From Octopus sinensis (Eukaryota): 64,000 bases of DNA. The position numbers were made by a program, and so were the translations under genes. The stretch covers positions 30,504,001 through 30,568,000 of the forward strand of contig NC_043016.1 of assembly GCF_006345805.1 (NCBI RefSeq), given 5' to 3'. This document shows, piece after piece, positions 1-12,090 of this stretch (positions are counted from its first letter, which is position 1; each line of letters starts with the position of its first letter). Under the pieces are notes generated by a model. The model searched no databases. It was given only the letters and a program-made list of their open reading frames with translations, and was not told where the DNA came from.

Positions 1-1153
1 CTGTAAAAATCCATGTAATTTGTGCAGCTGTGTAATTTATGCAGGTGATTTTCATGATAAAAATAGTTTAAAAAAAGCTTCTACTCATGTAAAATTTGCA
101 TACAAAAGTTTTCAGAACTGCCAATATGGCCAGGGGGAAAAGATTTTCAGTTTAGTTGTATTTAGTATAATTTCACTTACTTCTGATTAGATTTTATTAA
201 ATTTTCATTAAATAAAAATAATTTCTGCTTAACAGGTGTTGTTTATAATAAACTTTATTTTAGATTTCTTGCCCACAAGAAATTGTGTCCAATCTTTAGC
301 ATACTGGTGTATGTCTTCTCAAATCACGATTACAGGAAAAGTTGTTGATAAGAATTATCAACAAAAACAAAGCTGATAAATATGTACTGCTGTTGCAAAT
401 TAAGTTTAATTACCAATAAACATCAGCTTGGATGACACTTTACTCAACCGAGTAAAATATGTAAAATATGACCTGGACACTGATTACCAGCATGAACATC
501 AGACTTCAAAAAGTAAACTATTTAATGGTTTTAGTAAATTTATACAGAAAAAGTCAGTATTATACCCTCCAGCACAAATAAAAGTCAACTTCATTATATT
601 TAAACCCTTATTTTTTCTGTAAAAACTTATTCTGACATTAAATGTGTCAACTTCCGGTACAAATGTTTATGTTTTGTATGGCTTTTTACAACAAAAAAAA
701 ATTTCTAAAAAATTCCGGAAACAATCCACTGTGTGGCATCTTGGGCAAGTGTCTTCTGCTATAGCCCCGGGCCGACCAATGCCTTGTGAGTGGATTTGGT
801 AGACGGAAACTGAAAGACGCCTGTCGTATATATGTATAAATATATGTATGTGTGTGTGTGTGTGTTTGTGTGTCTGTGTTTGTCCCCCAGCATTGCTTGA
901 CAACCGATGCTGGTGTTTACGTCCCCGTCACTTAGCGGTTCGGCAAAAGAGACCGATAGAGTAAGTACTGGGCTTACAAAGAATAAGTCACGGGGTCGAG
1001 TTGCTCGACTAAAGGCGGTGCTCCAGCATGGCTGCAGTCAAATGACTGAAACAAGTTAAAGAGAAAGAGAAAAGTGAATGTAATTTATGCACCCACTAAA
1101 GTTTATTTTTATTTTCGTGAAAAAAATGCGTAAATCACATGTTTTTTTTACAG
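1..1153. mobile_element. TIR-bounded non-autonomous DNA transposon (pogo/Tigger-like) with a nested SINE
   Basis: Window start CTGTAAAAATCCATGTAATTTGTGCA is an imperfect inverted match to TGCGTAAATCACATGTTTTTTTACAG|TA ending at 1153; the left TSD lies outside the window. Confidence 0.5.
728..1072 (+). mobile_element. tRNA-derived SINE, family 1 (5'-truncated copy)
   Basis: Shares the core TTGGGCAAGTGTCTTCT...GCCTTGTGAGTGGATTTGGTAGACGGAAACTGAAAG...CTCCAGCATGGCTGCAGTCAAATGACTGAAAC with many other copies in the window. Confidence 0.85.
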
Positions 1154-1704
1154 TACTTTTTAAACATCAAACAGCTATGGGAGTCCACCAGAATATAACA
1201 GTCATCAAAGGGGTTTATAGGCAAAAATGGTTGAGAGTCAGCAAGTAAGAGAAGAAGAGGAAGAAAGAAATCTAAAGAGAAATATTTTTAGTTGAAAGAA
1301 GATTTAGGAGAGAGAGGGAGAGAGAGAGGAGGGAGAGAGAGAGGTAAGAAGGGGAGTTCTTGAGTTGCATATTTTTGGTTAAGTGTCTGGAACTGAGACT
1401 GTGTGGAAACTGAAACCATTGCATCTAGGAAAGCCATGACAATCATTTAATTTACATACATGCACACACACACACACACACACGCACACACGCACACACA
1501 CGCACACACACACACAAACCAATATACACTAATACATGAACACGTACACACACACACATGCACAAACAAAGTTTTATGCACACAAATTTTTGTATTGATT
1601 TTTGTTTATTTTGTAACAGATTTCTTTATATATCAAATTGTCAAATGTTTAAGAGTCATATGACTACAACTTGGTCATTGACACACCGACACTGTTCTAT
1701 AGGT

Positions 1705-2003
1705 ACATACATACATACATACATACATACATACATACATACATACATACATACATAGACACATACATACATACATACATACATACATACATACATACAT
1801 ACATACATACATAGACACATACATACATACATACATACATACATACATACATAGACACATACATACATACATACATACATACATACATACATACATAGAC
1901 ACATACATACATACATACATACATACATAGACACATACATACATACATACATACATACATACATGCATACACAGACACACATACATATACATACATACAT
2001 ACA
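1705..2003. repeat. (ACAT)n microsatellite with periodic AGAC interruptions
   Basis: Directly visible; explains the MYVC-type ORFs. Confidence 0.95.
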
Positions 2004-2399
2004 TTAATACTACATATGTATGTACATATGTACGTTCAAACATACATACTTACATACAAACATACATACATTCATGCTTGCTTGGTGAGGAGGGTGTTTA
2101 TTGGACACCCTGTGGGATGAAAAACAAAACCCGTCAAAGGGCGGAGGAACTCTTGAGAATCAACGGCCAACCAATATGTATGTAATTATATATTTTCTGT
2201 ATATTTCCCTTTTTCTCACTAATTTTTATATATTGTATATTTTTATAGTTTGCTCATTATATATATTTTTATATATTCCATATCATATATTTTACGTATA
2301 TTTTGTATATCAATATTTTTTTATATATTGTACATGTTTTTTTATTTTTTCTCCCTTATAACTATCTTATCCAGCTTATGGCTGTATCTTGCATGGGTA

Positions 2400-2940
2400 C
2401 ATAGAAATAATTGGACTGAATACTCAATAGTGCGGTTAAACCATTGGGAGCAAGTGAAGAAGGATTGTGCATGAGGGGACAGCTACTTTTGAGTTGCACA
2501 AGAGAAAGTAAGGAAGGATGTCAGGAAGGGAATCGCTGCTATACTTCCAGACAGTAAGGGTCTTCCTATGATGCTGAAATGCAGTGTCTTGCACAAACAC
2601 TGCCTCAGTAAAGCTGGACTCAAGAGTCATCTTCATAGTCATAAAGTGAGACAGATGATTGACAACCAGGCTGCTGGTTGTGATGCTACACACCATACTA
2701 ATCATATCTGTCAGGCATGTAGAAGGGAGTGTAATTGGCGACATGACTTAAATGACAGGCAAAGGTAAATGAAGCCCAGTTACAACTACAGCTAGCTATT
2801 GCCGGTAAAGGTTTTAGTTGCCAATTCTGTACAAGACATTATAGATCTTGAGCTGGGCTAAAAAGTTATGTTCAATCACAGCACCGTTAACAGTTAAGCC
2901 TTGTGCAATTGCCATACTCAATAACAAGGGAGTAGCCATC
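2400..2940 (+). mobile_element. Degraded 3' end of a non-LTR retrotransposon (RTE-like) with C2H2-like remnants
   Basis: Translation gives CSV..KHCLSKAGLKSHLHSH and HICQACRREC, with stops and frameshifts. Confidence 0.4.
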
Positions 2941-2959
2941 ATCATATCATCATCACCAC

Positions 2960-3780
2960 CACCATCATCATCATCATCATCATCGTTTAACGTCCGCTTT
3001 CCATGCTAGCATGGATTGGACGATTTGACTGAGGACTGGCGAACCAGATGGCTGAACCAGGTTCCAATCTGATCTGGCAGAGTTTCTACAGCTTGATGCC
3101 ATTCCTAATGCCAACCACTCTGAGAGTGTATTGGGTGCTTTTACGTGCTACCGGCACAAGGGCCAGTCAGGTGGTACTGGCAACGGCCATGCTCAAATGG
3201 TGTTTTTTACGTGCCACGTACAAAGGAGCCAGTTCAGCAGCACTGGCAACGACCTCACTCGAATGTTTTTTCACATGCCACAGGCACAAGTGCCAGTGAG
3301 GTGCAGCTGGTAATGGTCACGCTCAAATGGTGCTTTTTATGTACCACTGGCACAGGTGCCAGTCAGCTGCTCTAGCAATGACCATGCTCGGATGGTACTC
3401 TTAGCGCTCCACTAGTGCCAGTCATCGAATTTGACTTCAATTTTGCTTGCCTCAACAGGTTTTTGCAAGCAGAGTTTAGTGTCCAATGAAGGAAAAGTAT
3501 GCATAAATGGGCTTGTTACACCTCTGGTATAGGCCACAGGTTATGGTCTCACTTGGCTTGCCGGGTCTTCTCAAGTGCAGCATATTTCCAAAGGTCTCGG
3601 TCACTAGTCATTGTCTCAGTGGGGCCTTATGTTCGAAGGTCATGCTTCACCACCTCATCCCAGGTCTTCCTGGGTCTACCTCTTCCACAGGTTCCCTCAA
3701 CTGCTAGGGTGTGGCACTTTTCACACAGCTATCCTCATCCATTCTCGCCACATGACTATACCAGCACAGTCATCTCTCTC
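2960..3780 (-). mobile_element. RTE LINE 3' fragment
   Basis: (CAT)n tail followed by CGTTTAACGTCCGCTTTCCATGCTAGCATG, ~50-60 bp 3'UTR subrepeats, and a decayed RT C-terminus homologous to 5084-5368. Confidence 0.8.
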
Positions 3781-3936
3781 GCTAAATTATTTTATGCAGT
3801 ATTATTTCCGGTAATTTAGCGTGCCGAAACAAGGACTTTTGAAAAATAACCACAAGTGTAATAGGTAGAACCACATACATGTTCGACCTCGTGCAGACGT
3901 CTGGTGTGTAGTTCTTCAAATTATATTTGTATGGAC

Positions 3937-4014
3937 GATCGTACTGAAGATCTACAGACAAATTGCATTAGTAAAATTATGTAATCTCTTAATAGTGAAA
4001 CATTGTTTATGATT
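3937..4014 (+). ncRNA. Candidate type I hammerhead ribozyme with extended stem II
   Basis: GAUCGUA-CUGAAGA-[UCUA..UUGCAU..AUGUAA..UAGU]-GAAAC-AUU-GUU^UAUGAUU; 7-bp stem I including G-U pairs; U/U mismatch at the base of stem II. Confidence 0.55.
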
Positions 4015-4314
4015 AATCTTTATTTTTGTTACTTTTCATTTGTCTTGCTCACATATGTTTCTGGTGTTTGCTAAATTTTCTACAGAACATTTCTTAGTTG
4101 TAAGACCATAGCGGATCTACTTCTAGCATTAGGGTGTCCACTTAGTGGTAATCCCGCTCATATGCATGTAATACTATTTACTGAACCTCAGTTTTTTAAT
4201 ATGCTAGACCACTGGTGTTAAATTGATGCTATCAAATTAATATCCAATTTTTCACCCTCATTTTAATTTTAATTTTATATATGTATGTATGTATGTATGT
4301 ATATGTGTGTGTGT

Positions 4315-4351
<37 letters not shown>

Positions 4352-4482
4352 CCAGTGTAAGCATAAAAATGTGAAACAAGGTGGGAAAAATAGTACTCAA
4401 ATACTGGAGGTGGGGTAATATGCTTTATTATTAAAGCTGCAAAAACATGTGTGATGTTTTGCAGCTTTAATAATAAGGTATA

Positions 4483-5398
4483 TCATCATCATCATCATCA
4501 TCGTTTAGCATCTGTTCTCCATGCTAGCATGGCTTGGATGGTTTGACCGGGGATCTGGCAAGCCAGAAGGCTGCACCAGGCTCCGGTCTTATCTGGCAAT
4601 GTTTCTACAGCTGGATGCCCTTCCTAACGCCAACCACTCCATGAGTGTAGTGGGTGCTTTTTACGTACCACCTGCACTGGTGCCAGGCGAGGCTGGCATC
4701 GGCCACAGTCGGATTGGTGCATTTTACGTGCCACCTGCACGGAAGCCAGTCGAGGCGGCACTGGCTTCGGCCACGATTCGGATGGTGCTTTTTACATGCC
4801 ACCGACACGGAAGCCAGTTGAGGCGGCGCTGGCATCGGCCACGATTCAGATAGTGCTTTTTACATATCTCCAGTCCAGGGGTCCTGGCATCTGCCGGGTG
4901 CCAGTCATAGGATTGGTTCAATTTCGATTCCGATTTTGATTTCACTTGCCCCAACAGGTCTTCGCAAGCAAAGGGGCGTTGGCATAGGTGCCTGTCGTCG
5001 GATGAAGTTCGATATCGACTTCGCTTGCCTCAACAGGTCTTTGTGTGTCCAAGGGAGGAAAGGCATGCATAAGTGGGCTGGACTCACTTGTTCTGCATGG
5101 TCTTTTCACGCACAGCATATTTCAAAAGGTCTTGGTCGCTGGTCATTTCCTCAGTGAGACCTAAAGTTCGAAGGTCGTGCTTCACCACCTCGTCCCAAGT
5201 TTTCCTGGGTCTACCTCTTCCACGGGATCCCTCCACTGCTAAGGATTGGCACTTTTTCACACACCTATCTTCATCCATTCTCGCCACATGACCATACCAG
5301 CGCAATCGTCTCTCTTGCACACCACAACTGATGCTCCTTAGGTCCAACATTTCTCTGACATTACACATTCATCGGAGCATACTGGCTTCATTTTTCGC
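4483..5398 (-). mobile_element. RTE LINE 3' fragment with RT C-terminus
   Basis: ORF 5084-5368 (RRLRWYGHVARM...GRGRPRKTWDEVVKHDL) is a typical RTE-clade C-terminus; (CAT)n tail at 4483-4502. Confidence 0.85.
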
Positions 5399-5409
5399 GA
5401 TATATATAC

Positions 5410-6700
5410 ACGGGGCGTTCAATAAATAATGCCTCTGACCCACTTGCAGTTTTTTGATCTAGCTGAAATTTTGCATGTGCAATTATTGATATCTCTATAG
5501 ATTAAGTGGCAAATTACAGCTCTGAACTAATTGTGGTTTCTGATTTACAGGTGTTTGAACTGAGTCAAGTGTGAAATGGAGCCTGTTGAGTGTCGAACAG
5601 TGATCCGGTTTTTGTATTTGAAAGGACGCACACCATGGGAGACTTTTGCTGAAATGAAAGTAACTTATGGTGATGATGCCCCATCATATGACCTTGTAAA
5701 ATGCTGGCATCATGAATTCAAACATGGTCGGAACTCTGTGGAAACAGCTCCCAGATCTGGTCACCCCACTTCTGCCATTGATGAGGTATCTGTCCGTCAA
5801 GTTGAGGCTGCCATTTTGGAAGATCGACGCATAACTATTCGCCAAATAGTCCATGAGGTCAAGATTAGTACCGGGTCTGTGGAAACTATCATTCATGACT
5901 ATTTGCATATGCAAAAGGTGTCTGCCAGATGGATTCCCAGGTTGCTCACACCTTTCCAGAAGCAAGAACGCGTTAAGTGCTCGAGGATGAATTTGGAGAT
6001 GTGCCAAGAAGATGAGTCAAACTTTTTCAAAGACTGATTACACAGGATGAAACCTGGGTCCATCACTATGATCCAGAGACCAAAGCCCAGTCAATGCAGT
6101 GGAAGCACCGTGACTCACCTCCTCTAAAGAAGGCAAGTGTGCAGCCCTCCACTGGCAAGATCATGCTCACAATCTTCTGGGACCAGGACGGAGTAATGAT
6201 GACAGATTTCCTGGCAAAGGGTACCACAATTACAGGAGCCTATAGTGCTTCACTTTTGAGGAAATTAAGAGAAGCTATCAAAATCAAGAGGCGGGGCAAG
6301 ATCAGCAAAGGCATCCTCCTCCTGCAGGACAACGCTCCGGTCAACAACTCGTGTGTCGCCAGATCAGAAGCACAGGCGTTCGGCTATGAACTCCTCCCCC
6401 ATCCCCCTACTCTCCCGACCTTGCACCCTCTGATTTTCATCTCTTCCCAGCCATGAAGTTGTTTTTGAAAGGAAAGCGTTTCCCAGATGATGCAGCCTTG
6501 ATTTCTGAAGTTACGTCGTGGTTGGAGGACCAAGCTGGGGTCTTCTACAAAAACGGTCTCCAGAGATGCATCAAACGATGAGAGAAAGGTGTAACTCTGG
6601 GTGTTTCCTATGTAGAAAAAGACTAATAACTGCGCCAAGTTTCGTTGCTCTACTGCTATGGGAAGTGGGTCAGGGGCATTACTTATTGAACGCCCTTCGT
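5410..6700 (+). mobile_element. Full-length mariner (DD34D) transposon
   Basis: TIRs ACGGGGCGTTCAATAAATAATGCCTCTGACCCACTT (5410-5445) and AAGTGGGTCAGGGGCATTACTTATTGAACGCCCTTCGT (6663-6700); ~1.3 kb long and flanked by (TA)n. Confidence 0.92.
5576..6626 (+). pseudogene. Mariner transposase, frameshifted
   Basis: HTH region and WIPRLL in 5576-6037; ITQDETWVHHYDPE, LLQDNA and YSPDLAPSDFHLF lie in shifted frames (shifts near 6030 and 6405); premature TGA near 6579. Confidence 0.9.
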
Positions 6701-6855
6701 GTGTATATATATATATATATATACTTCAAGAATTTAGTCAAATAAATTGATCCCAATATATTTTTTTAAAGTCTGCTACTTATTCAGTTGGTCTCTCTTT
6801 TACAGAACTGCTATGCTATGGGGATATAAACACAACACAAACAACAACAACACAC

Positions 6856-6946
6856 AATATATATATATATATAGATATATATTATATATCATATATTCTA
6901 TATATGAATGCATGTGTACATATATACATATATGTATATATATACA

Positions 6947-7029
<83 letters not shown>

Positions 7030-7052
7030 CATATACATATATATATATGTAT
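6856..7052. repeat. (TA)n/(TACA)n low-complexity tract
   Basis: Directly visible. Confidence 0.9.
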
Positions 7053-8076
7053 GTCCGTGTCCGTTGCCAGCCTCGGCTGGCCCCCGTGCCGGTGACACGT
7101 AAAAGCACCGTCCGCTCGTGGCCGTTTGCCAGCTCTGTCTGGCAACCGTGTCGGTGGCACGTAAAAGCACCATCTGTTCGCGTCCGTTGCCAGCCTCGGC
7201 TGGCCCCCGTGCCGGTGACACGTAAAAGCACCATCCGTTCGTGGCCGTTTGCCAGCTCTGTCTGGCCCCGTGTTGGTGGCACGTAAAAGCACCATCCGTC
7301 CGTGTCCGTTGCCAGCCTCGGCTGGCCCCCGTGCCGGTGACACGTAAAAGCACCGTCCGCTCGTGGCCGTTTGCCAGCTCTGTCTGGCAACCGTGTCGGT
7401 GGCACGTAAAAGCACCATCTGTTCGCGTCCGTTGCCAGCCTCGGCTGGCCCCCGTGCCGGTGACACGTAAAAGCACCATCCGTTCGTGGCCGTTTGCCAG
7501 CTCTGTCTGGCCCCGTGTTGGTGGCACGTAAAAGCACCATCCGTCCGTGTCCGTTGCCAGCCTCGGCTGGCCCCCGGGCCGGTGACACGTAAAAGCACCG
7601 TCCGCTTGTGGCCGTTTGCCAGCTCTGTCTGGCAACCATGTCGGTGGCACATAAAAGCACCATCCGTTCGCGTCCGTTGCCAGCCTCGGCTGGCCCCCGT
7701 GCCGGTGACACGTAAAAGCACCGTCCGTTCGTGGCCGGTTGCCAGCTCTGTCTGGCCCCGTGTCGGTGGCACGTAAAAGCACCATCCGTTCGTGTCCGTT
7801 GCCAGCATCGCCTGGCCCGTGCCGGTGACACGTAAAAGCACCATCCGTTCGTGGCCGTTGGCCAGCTCTGTCTGGCACCGTGTCGGTGGCACGTAAAAAA
7901 CACCCACTACACTCGCGGAGTGGTTGGCGTTAGGAAGGGCATCCAGCCGTAGAAACACTGCCAGATCTGACTGGGCCTGACGAAGCCTTCCAGCTTCACA
8001 GACCCCAGTTGACCCGTCCAACCCATGCTAGCATGGAAAACGGACGCTAAACGATGATGATGATGATGATGATGAT
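7050..8076 (+). mobile_element. RTE LINE 3'UTR with an expanded GC-rich minisatellite
   Basis: ~61-bp units containing CACGTAAAAGCACC (7050-7900), then the RTE terminal CCATGCTAGCATGGAAAACGGACGCTAAAC and a (GAT)n tail. Confidence 0.85.
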
Positions 8077-8163
8077 ATATATGTATATGTATATATATAC
8101 ATATATATATATATACATACATATACATATATATATATATATGTATATATATGTATGTATATA

Positions 8164-8195
<32 letters not shown>

Positions 8196-8407
8196 CATAT
8201 ATATATACATACATATATATATACATGCATATATATATATGCATATATATGTATGTGTGTATATATATATATGTGTGTGTGTACATATATATATATATAC
8301 ATGTACATGTATATGTATATATATATATATTATATATACACATATACATATATGTATATATATATATGTATATGTATATGTACACATGCATTTATATATA
8401 GAATATA

Positions 8408-8450
<43 letters not shown>
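8076..8450. repeat. (TA)n-rich microsatellite tract
   Basis: Directly visible. Confidence 0.9.
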
Positions 8451-8451
<1 letters not shown>

Positions 8452-8794
8452 GTGTGTGTTCTGTGCATTGTGTTTACATCCCCATACCTTAGCACTTTAC
8501 TAAAAGAGAGACCAAGTGAATAGTAGAAGAATTCAAAAAAAATATCGGGGTCAATTTATTTGACCAAATTCTTGAAGGTAGTGCCCCAGCATGACCCCAG
8601 TTTAATGACTGAAACAAATAGAAAGCTAAATGATAAAGTGTGACGGTGGCAAATATGCTTGGAGGACAGACAGTAACAAGAATGTTGGACTGACACCAAT
8701 TGGATGTAGCACATAGGAAAGAGAGTGGTGAGTTACAGCAGAGGGATTGTGATATGGTATGATATGTAGTGATAGGTTCTACTTTTATAATTTA

Positions 8795-9305
8795 CTAGCA
8801 GTATCGCCCGGCGTTGCTCGGGTTTGTAAGGGAAATAACTATATAAGCATTTTTAGAGAGTTACTTCCCTTATAGATGCCAATTCGGGCTTTCTTAGCCA
8901 TTTCTGTTTTGGTGTCTTCAAGCCATGAAGTCGTTCTAAAAGAACGCTGGTCTCCTTGACAATGCTTTACGACGTTGATTTCCTTACACTCCCTTCCCCC
9001 ACAGCTTCACGAGGGAGGGAAGAAGGGGGAGAAGCAAACAGGTGCAGGTGTGACCATGGACGCCAACTCCGCCGCCATCGACACACGAAAAATTATGCAT
9101 TAAAATGGAATAAAAAATGATGTTAAATTATTTTTAAAATCGTAGACTCATCGTAGACGCGCGCTAATACTCAGACGGGCTCGATATGAATCACGACTAT
9201 AAGATACCCGAATTTGGTTAAACTGCACCACAAAATGTGGGAGGAGTTAGGAATCTAAATCGAAGGGGACAGACACTCACACAACTACAGTTTTATATAT
9301 ATAGA
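8795..9305 (-). mobile_element. Non-autonomous Helitron
   Basis: On the minus strand it begins A|TCTATATATATAAAA and ends with the hairpin CCCGAGCAACGCCGGG followed by GATACTGCTAG|T; A/T target and no TSD. Confidence 0.8.
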
Positions 9306-9545
9306 TTTAACATCAATGAGAATTTGATCACCAGTGTGACAATCAGAAGTGTGTTGCCATTGTTAACAATGAAATGAGTTGTGAGGAGAACTGGAAAAAT
9401 GTAACAAGGAATTGAATAAGCAAAGATGGTAACAAGGAAAAAAAGTTAAAATATGCAAAAACAAAAGAAAAAGAGTAAAGAATGTCTTGTGACAAGGGAC
9501 AAGAATAAAATGTGCTTGAGTGAAGTAATGATGATGGGAAGAGGT

Positions 9546-11777
9546 TAGTTAGTTAGTTAGTTAGTTAGTTAATTTGGCTCAAAAGCAAATAGCAAGGCCA
9601 TGTAGGGGGACATGGAGTTAAGTACAGGGTGGTGTTCATGTAAAGAGTTCAGGCCACTTGAGGTCCAGGGAGGCTTTGAACAAAGCGGTCGTTGGCATCT
9701 TCACCATCTCATCTGGCAGCTTGTTCCACGGATCCGCAACCCGGACGGAGAAAGCTCCTCTCCTTCGATTGAGATGAAATCGTCGCAGGTAGAGCTTTTC
9801 GGAATGACCCCGCAGCCGACGCTCCGGAGCAGGAGTGAAGAACAGCTCTTTCGAGAGGTTACACTTCCCGCTTATGATGTTGTGGGCGAGAATGAGATCA
9901 CCACGGCGGCGGCGTTTTTCAAGAGAATAAAGGTCGAGCGTCCTCAGCCTTTCTTCGTAGGACAAATTTTTGAGACCATGAACCAGGCGGGTAGCCAGCC
10001 TCTGGACTCTTTCGAGGTGCTGTATGTCTTTGAGGAGATAAGGAGAAGAGGCTTGAATCCCATACTCCAATATGGGTCTCACCAGCGTGACGTAGAGTGG
10101 CAGGAATATGGCTGCTGTGAGCTCTCCGAATGACCGTCGAATCAAAAACAGAATTCCGCGCGCTTTGTTGGCAGCATGGATGCACTGGGCCGAAGGTGAA
10201 AAGGAGGAATCCACCAAGATACCCAGGTCCTTTACCTGATCGGTCCTCTCCAGCAGCAGACGACCCGGCTTGAAATCAAGTTGAGTTGCAGGAGTAGAGC
10301 CGACAGGCAGATGACAGCACTTTGACACGTTCAGACACAGGTCCCAATCGTTAGACCACTTCCAAATTTGGTGGAGGCATCGACGAAGATCCTCTATACT
10401 ACCGCAAGGAGCGACCAATTTGATATCGTCGGCAAATAGAAGGGTGTGTTGCGTGAGGTCGTCGGGCAAGTCATTTATGAAGACTAAGAACAACAAGGGC
10501 CCAAGCACTGAACCTTGAGGCACGCCACTGCTCGCACTGGAGACGTCGGACCGCGAACCATTAACTTGAACTTGGAAGGAGCGATCTGAGAGGAAGGCAC
10601 CAACCCATCGTACAATATCCGGATGGAAACTATATGCTTGAAGCTTGACAAGTAGTAGGCGGTGGTTTACCGAGTCAAAAGCTTTGGCAAAGTCCAATAA
10701 AACGATGTCAACAGCATCACTATCATCGAGGATGCGCGTCACCAATTCTTCCATTACTAGTAAGTTGGTCAAGCATGATCTCTTCGGCACGAAGCCATGT
10801 TGGGAATCAGTGATCGAGGCTGTGCTTAGGAGGTGGAGCATCATACTTTTCTTAAGGATGGTTTCGAACATCTTGCTGATTATTGATGTAAGGGAAACCG
10901 GTCGGTAGTTAAGCGGGTCTTCGCGGCTCCCTTTCTTGAAAATTGGGCAGATTATCGCTGTTCTCCAGTCTGCAGGTATAACACCCGTCGCCAATGACAT
11001 ATTGAATAGTCGTGTTAAGGGCTCGCAGATGACTGGAGCCAACGCTTTGATAACCCGTGGGTGTATGCCGTCAGGGCCGTGACCCTTGTTGACATCGAGG
11101 CCTTGAATAACACGTTTGACTTGGTCCCACGTGATGATCAATCGAAGCATTGGAGGTACCGATCTATCAAATGGAGGGGGTTCACGACCATCATCTTGTT
11201 TGAAAATAGTTGAAAAAGCCTCGGCAAATAATTGACTCTGTTGATAAGGGTCCTCAATCGATACGCCTGTTGAGTCTACCAATGTTACAATCTGGTTGTT
11301 CAAGCGGGAATTCCGCTGGACATGGGCAAAGAAGGTTTTTGGATTGCTACTGGCATTTGCCGCGATTTTGTATTCATAACTGAAGCGTTCTTTCTTTTCA
11401 ATTTTCACGGCTCGGTCTCGTTGAGTTTTGTACACCTCAAAAGCTGCAGTCGAATCCAGATTTTTGAATTCAGCCCAAGCAATATCTCTGAGTCGACGTT
11501 CTCGTTTAACCTTCTTCGTCACCCAGGCTTGTGTTTCTTCTCTTGGGAAGTCCAATGGGAACTGCCTGGTCAGTCAAACAGATTACATATGCTTTGAGGG
11601 ATGACCATAGTTCGTCAACTGAGGACAACATCATCAGGGAACGCCAGTCCAGAAGCGTGGAAGCCTCGGTTAGAATTTCAAGATTAATTGCAGAGAAGAC
11701 TCTACGTGGCAGCGAAGTAATTGTGGGCGTGGAAAAAGGTTGTTCTTTTGGACTTGCAAAAATAAAAACAAAAATAG
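9546..11777 (-). mobile_element. 5'-truncated CR1-type LINE with a (TAAC)n tail
   Basis: RT ORF, short 3'UTR, (TAAC)n tail at 9546-9570, and a possible 6-bp TSD AGAGGT (9540-9545 and 11778-11783). Confidence 0.88.
9636..11555 (-). CDS. LINE ORF2 reverse transcriptase (CR1-type); endonuclease domain missing
   Basis: Motifs GPDGIHPRV, NYRPVSLTS, QHGF, LDFAKAFDSV, GVPQGSVLGPLLF, LFADD, LVRPILEY, LERVQRLATR. The frame continues upstream to ~11760 after a frameshift near 11525, so the annotated start is not genuine. Confidence 0.9.
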   Translation of the reverse strand: MDFPREETQAWVTKKVKRERRLRDIAWAEFKNLDSTAAFEVYKTQRDRAVKIEKKERFSYEYKIAANASSNPKTFFAHVQRNSRLNNQIVTLVDSTGVSIEDPYQQSQLFAEAFSTIFKQDDGREPPPFDRSVPPMLRLIITWDQVKRVIQGLDVNKGHGPDGIHPRVIKALAPVICEPLTRLFNMSLATGVIPADWRTAIICPIFKKGSREDPLNYRPVSLTSIISKMFETILKKSMMLHLLSTASITDSQHGFVPKRSCLTNLLVMEELVTRILDDSDAVDIVLLDFAKAFDSVNHRLLLVKLQAYSFHPDIVRWVGAFLSDRSFQVQVNGSRSDVSSASSGVPQGSVLGPLLFLVFINDLPDDLTQHTLLFADDIKLVAPCGSIEDLRRCLHQIWKWSNDWDLCLNVSKCCHLPVGSTPATQLDFKPGRLLLERTDQVKDLGILVDSSFSPSAQCIHAANKARGILFLIRRSFGELTAAIFLPLYVTLVRPILEYGIQASSPYLLKDIQHLERVQRLATRLVHGLKNLSYEERLRTLDLYSLEKRRRRGDLILAHNIISGKCNLSKELFFTPAPERRLRGHSEKLYLRRFHLNRRRGAFSVRVADPWNKLPDEMVKMPTTALFKASLDLKWPELFT

Positions 11778-12090
11778 AGAGGTACTTAAGGAAAAAAGGT
11801 AAATGGAAAGAGTAAGAGAAGATAGCTAATTTTTAGACAGATAGACAGATGGACAGATAGATACATAAGAAGAGAGAGATCTATTCATGGCAAAGAAAGA
11901 AGTCTTTTAAAACATTTTTGAAAAGGATGACAAGCCATGAGCTGCGTTGTGTAAAACTTTAGTCAAGTGAATGGAAAGTTGGATGAACAAGAAGAGCAAC
12001 CATTTGCTTCTGATTCATCATATGTTTATCATTAAAAGATGATCCTGGATAAGACTATCTAATGAAGAACTACAGAATAGTGACAGAAAA

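Noticed and set aside
1460-2043. HT/MYVC-type ORFs (also at 8028-8523, 18356-18652, 25460-25790, 62836-63149 and 63548-63859)
   Set aside because: Translations of (CA)n, (TA)n, (TACA)n and (TAA)n microsatellites
6800-8021. Three long (326-379 aa) minus-strand ORFs and a CRISPR-like regular repeat
   Set aside because: Stop-free minisatellite in an RTE 3'UTR; the units are fully repeated with no unique spacers and no cas genes, and the context is eukaryotic
9612-10908. Plus-strand ORFs overlapping the RT
   Set aside because: Antisense shadows of the LINE coding sequence
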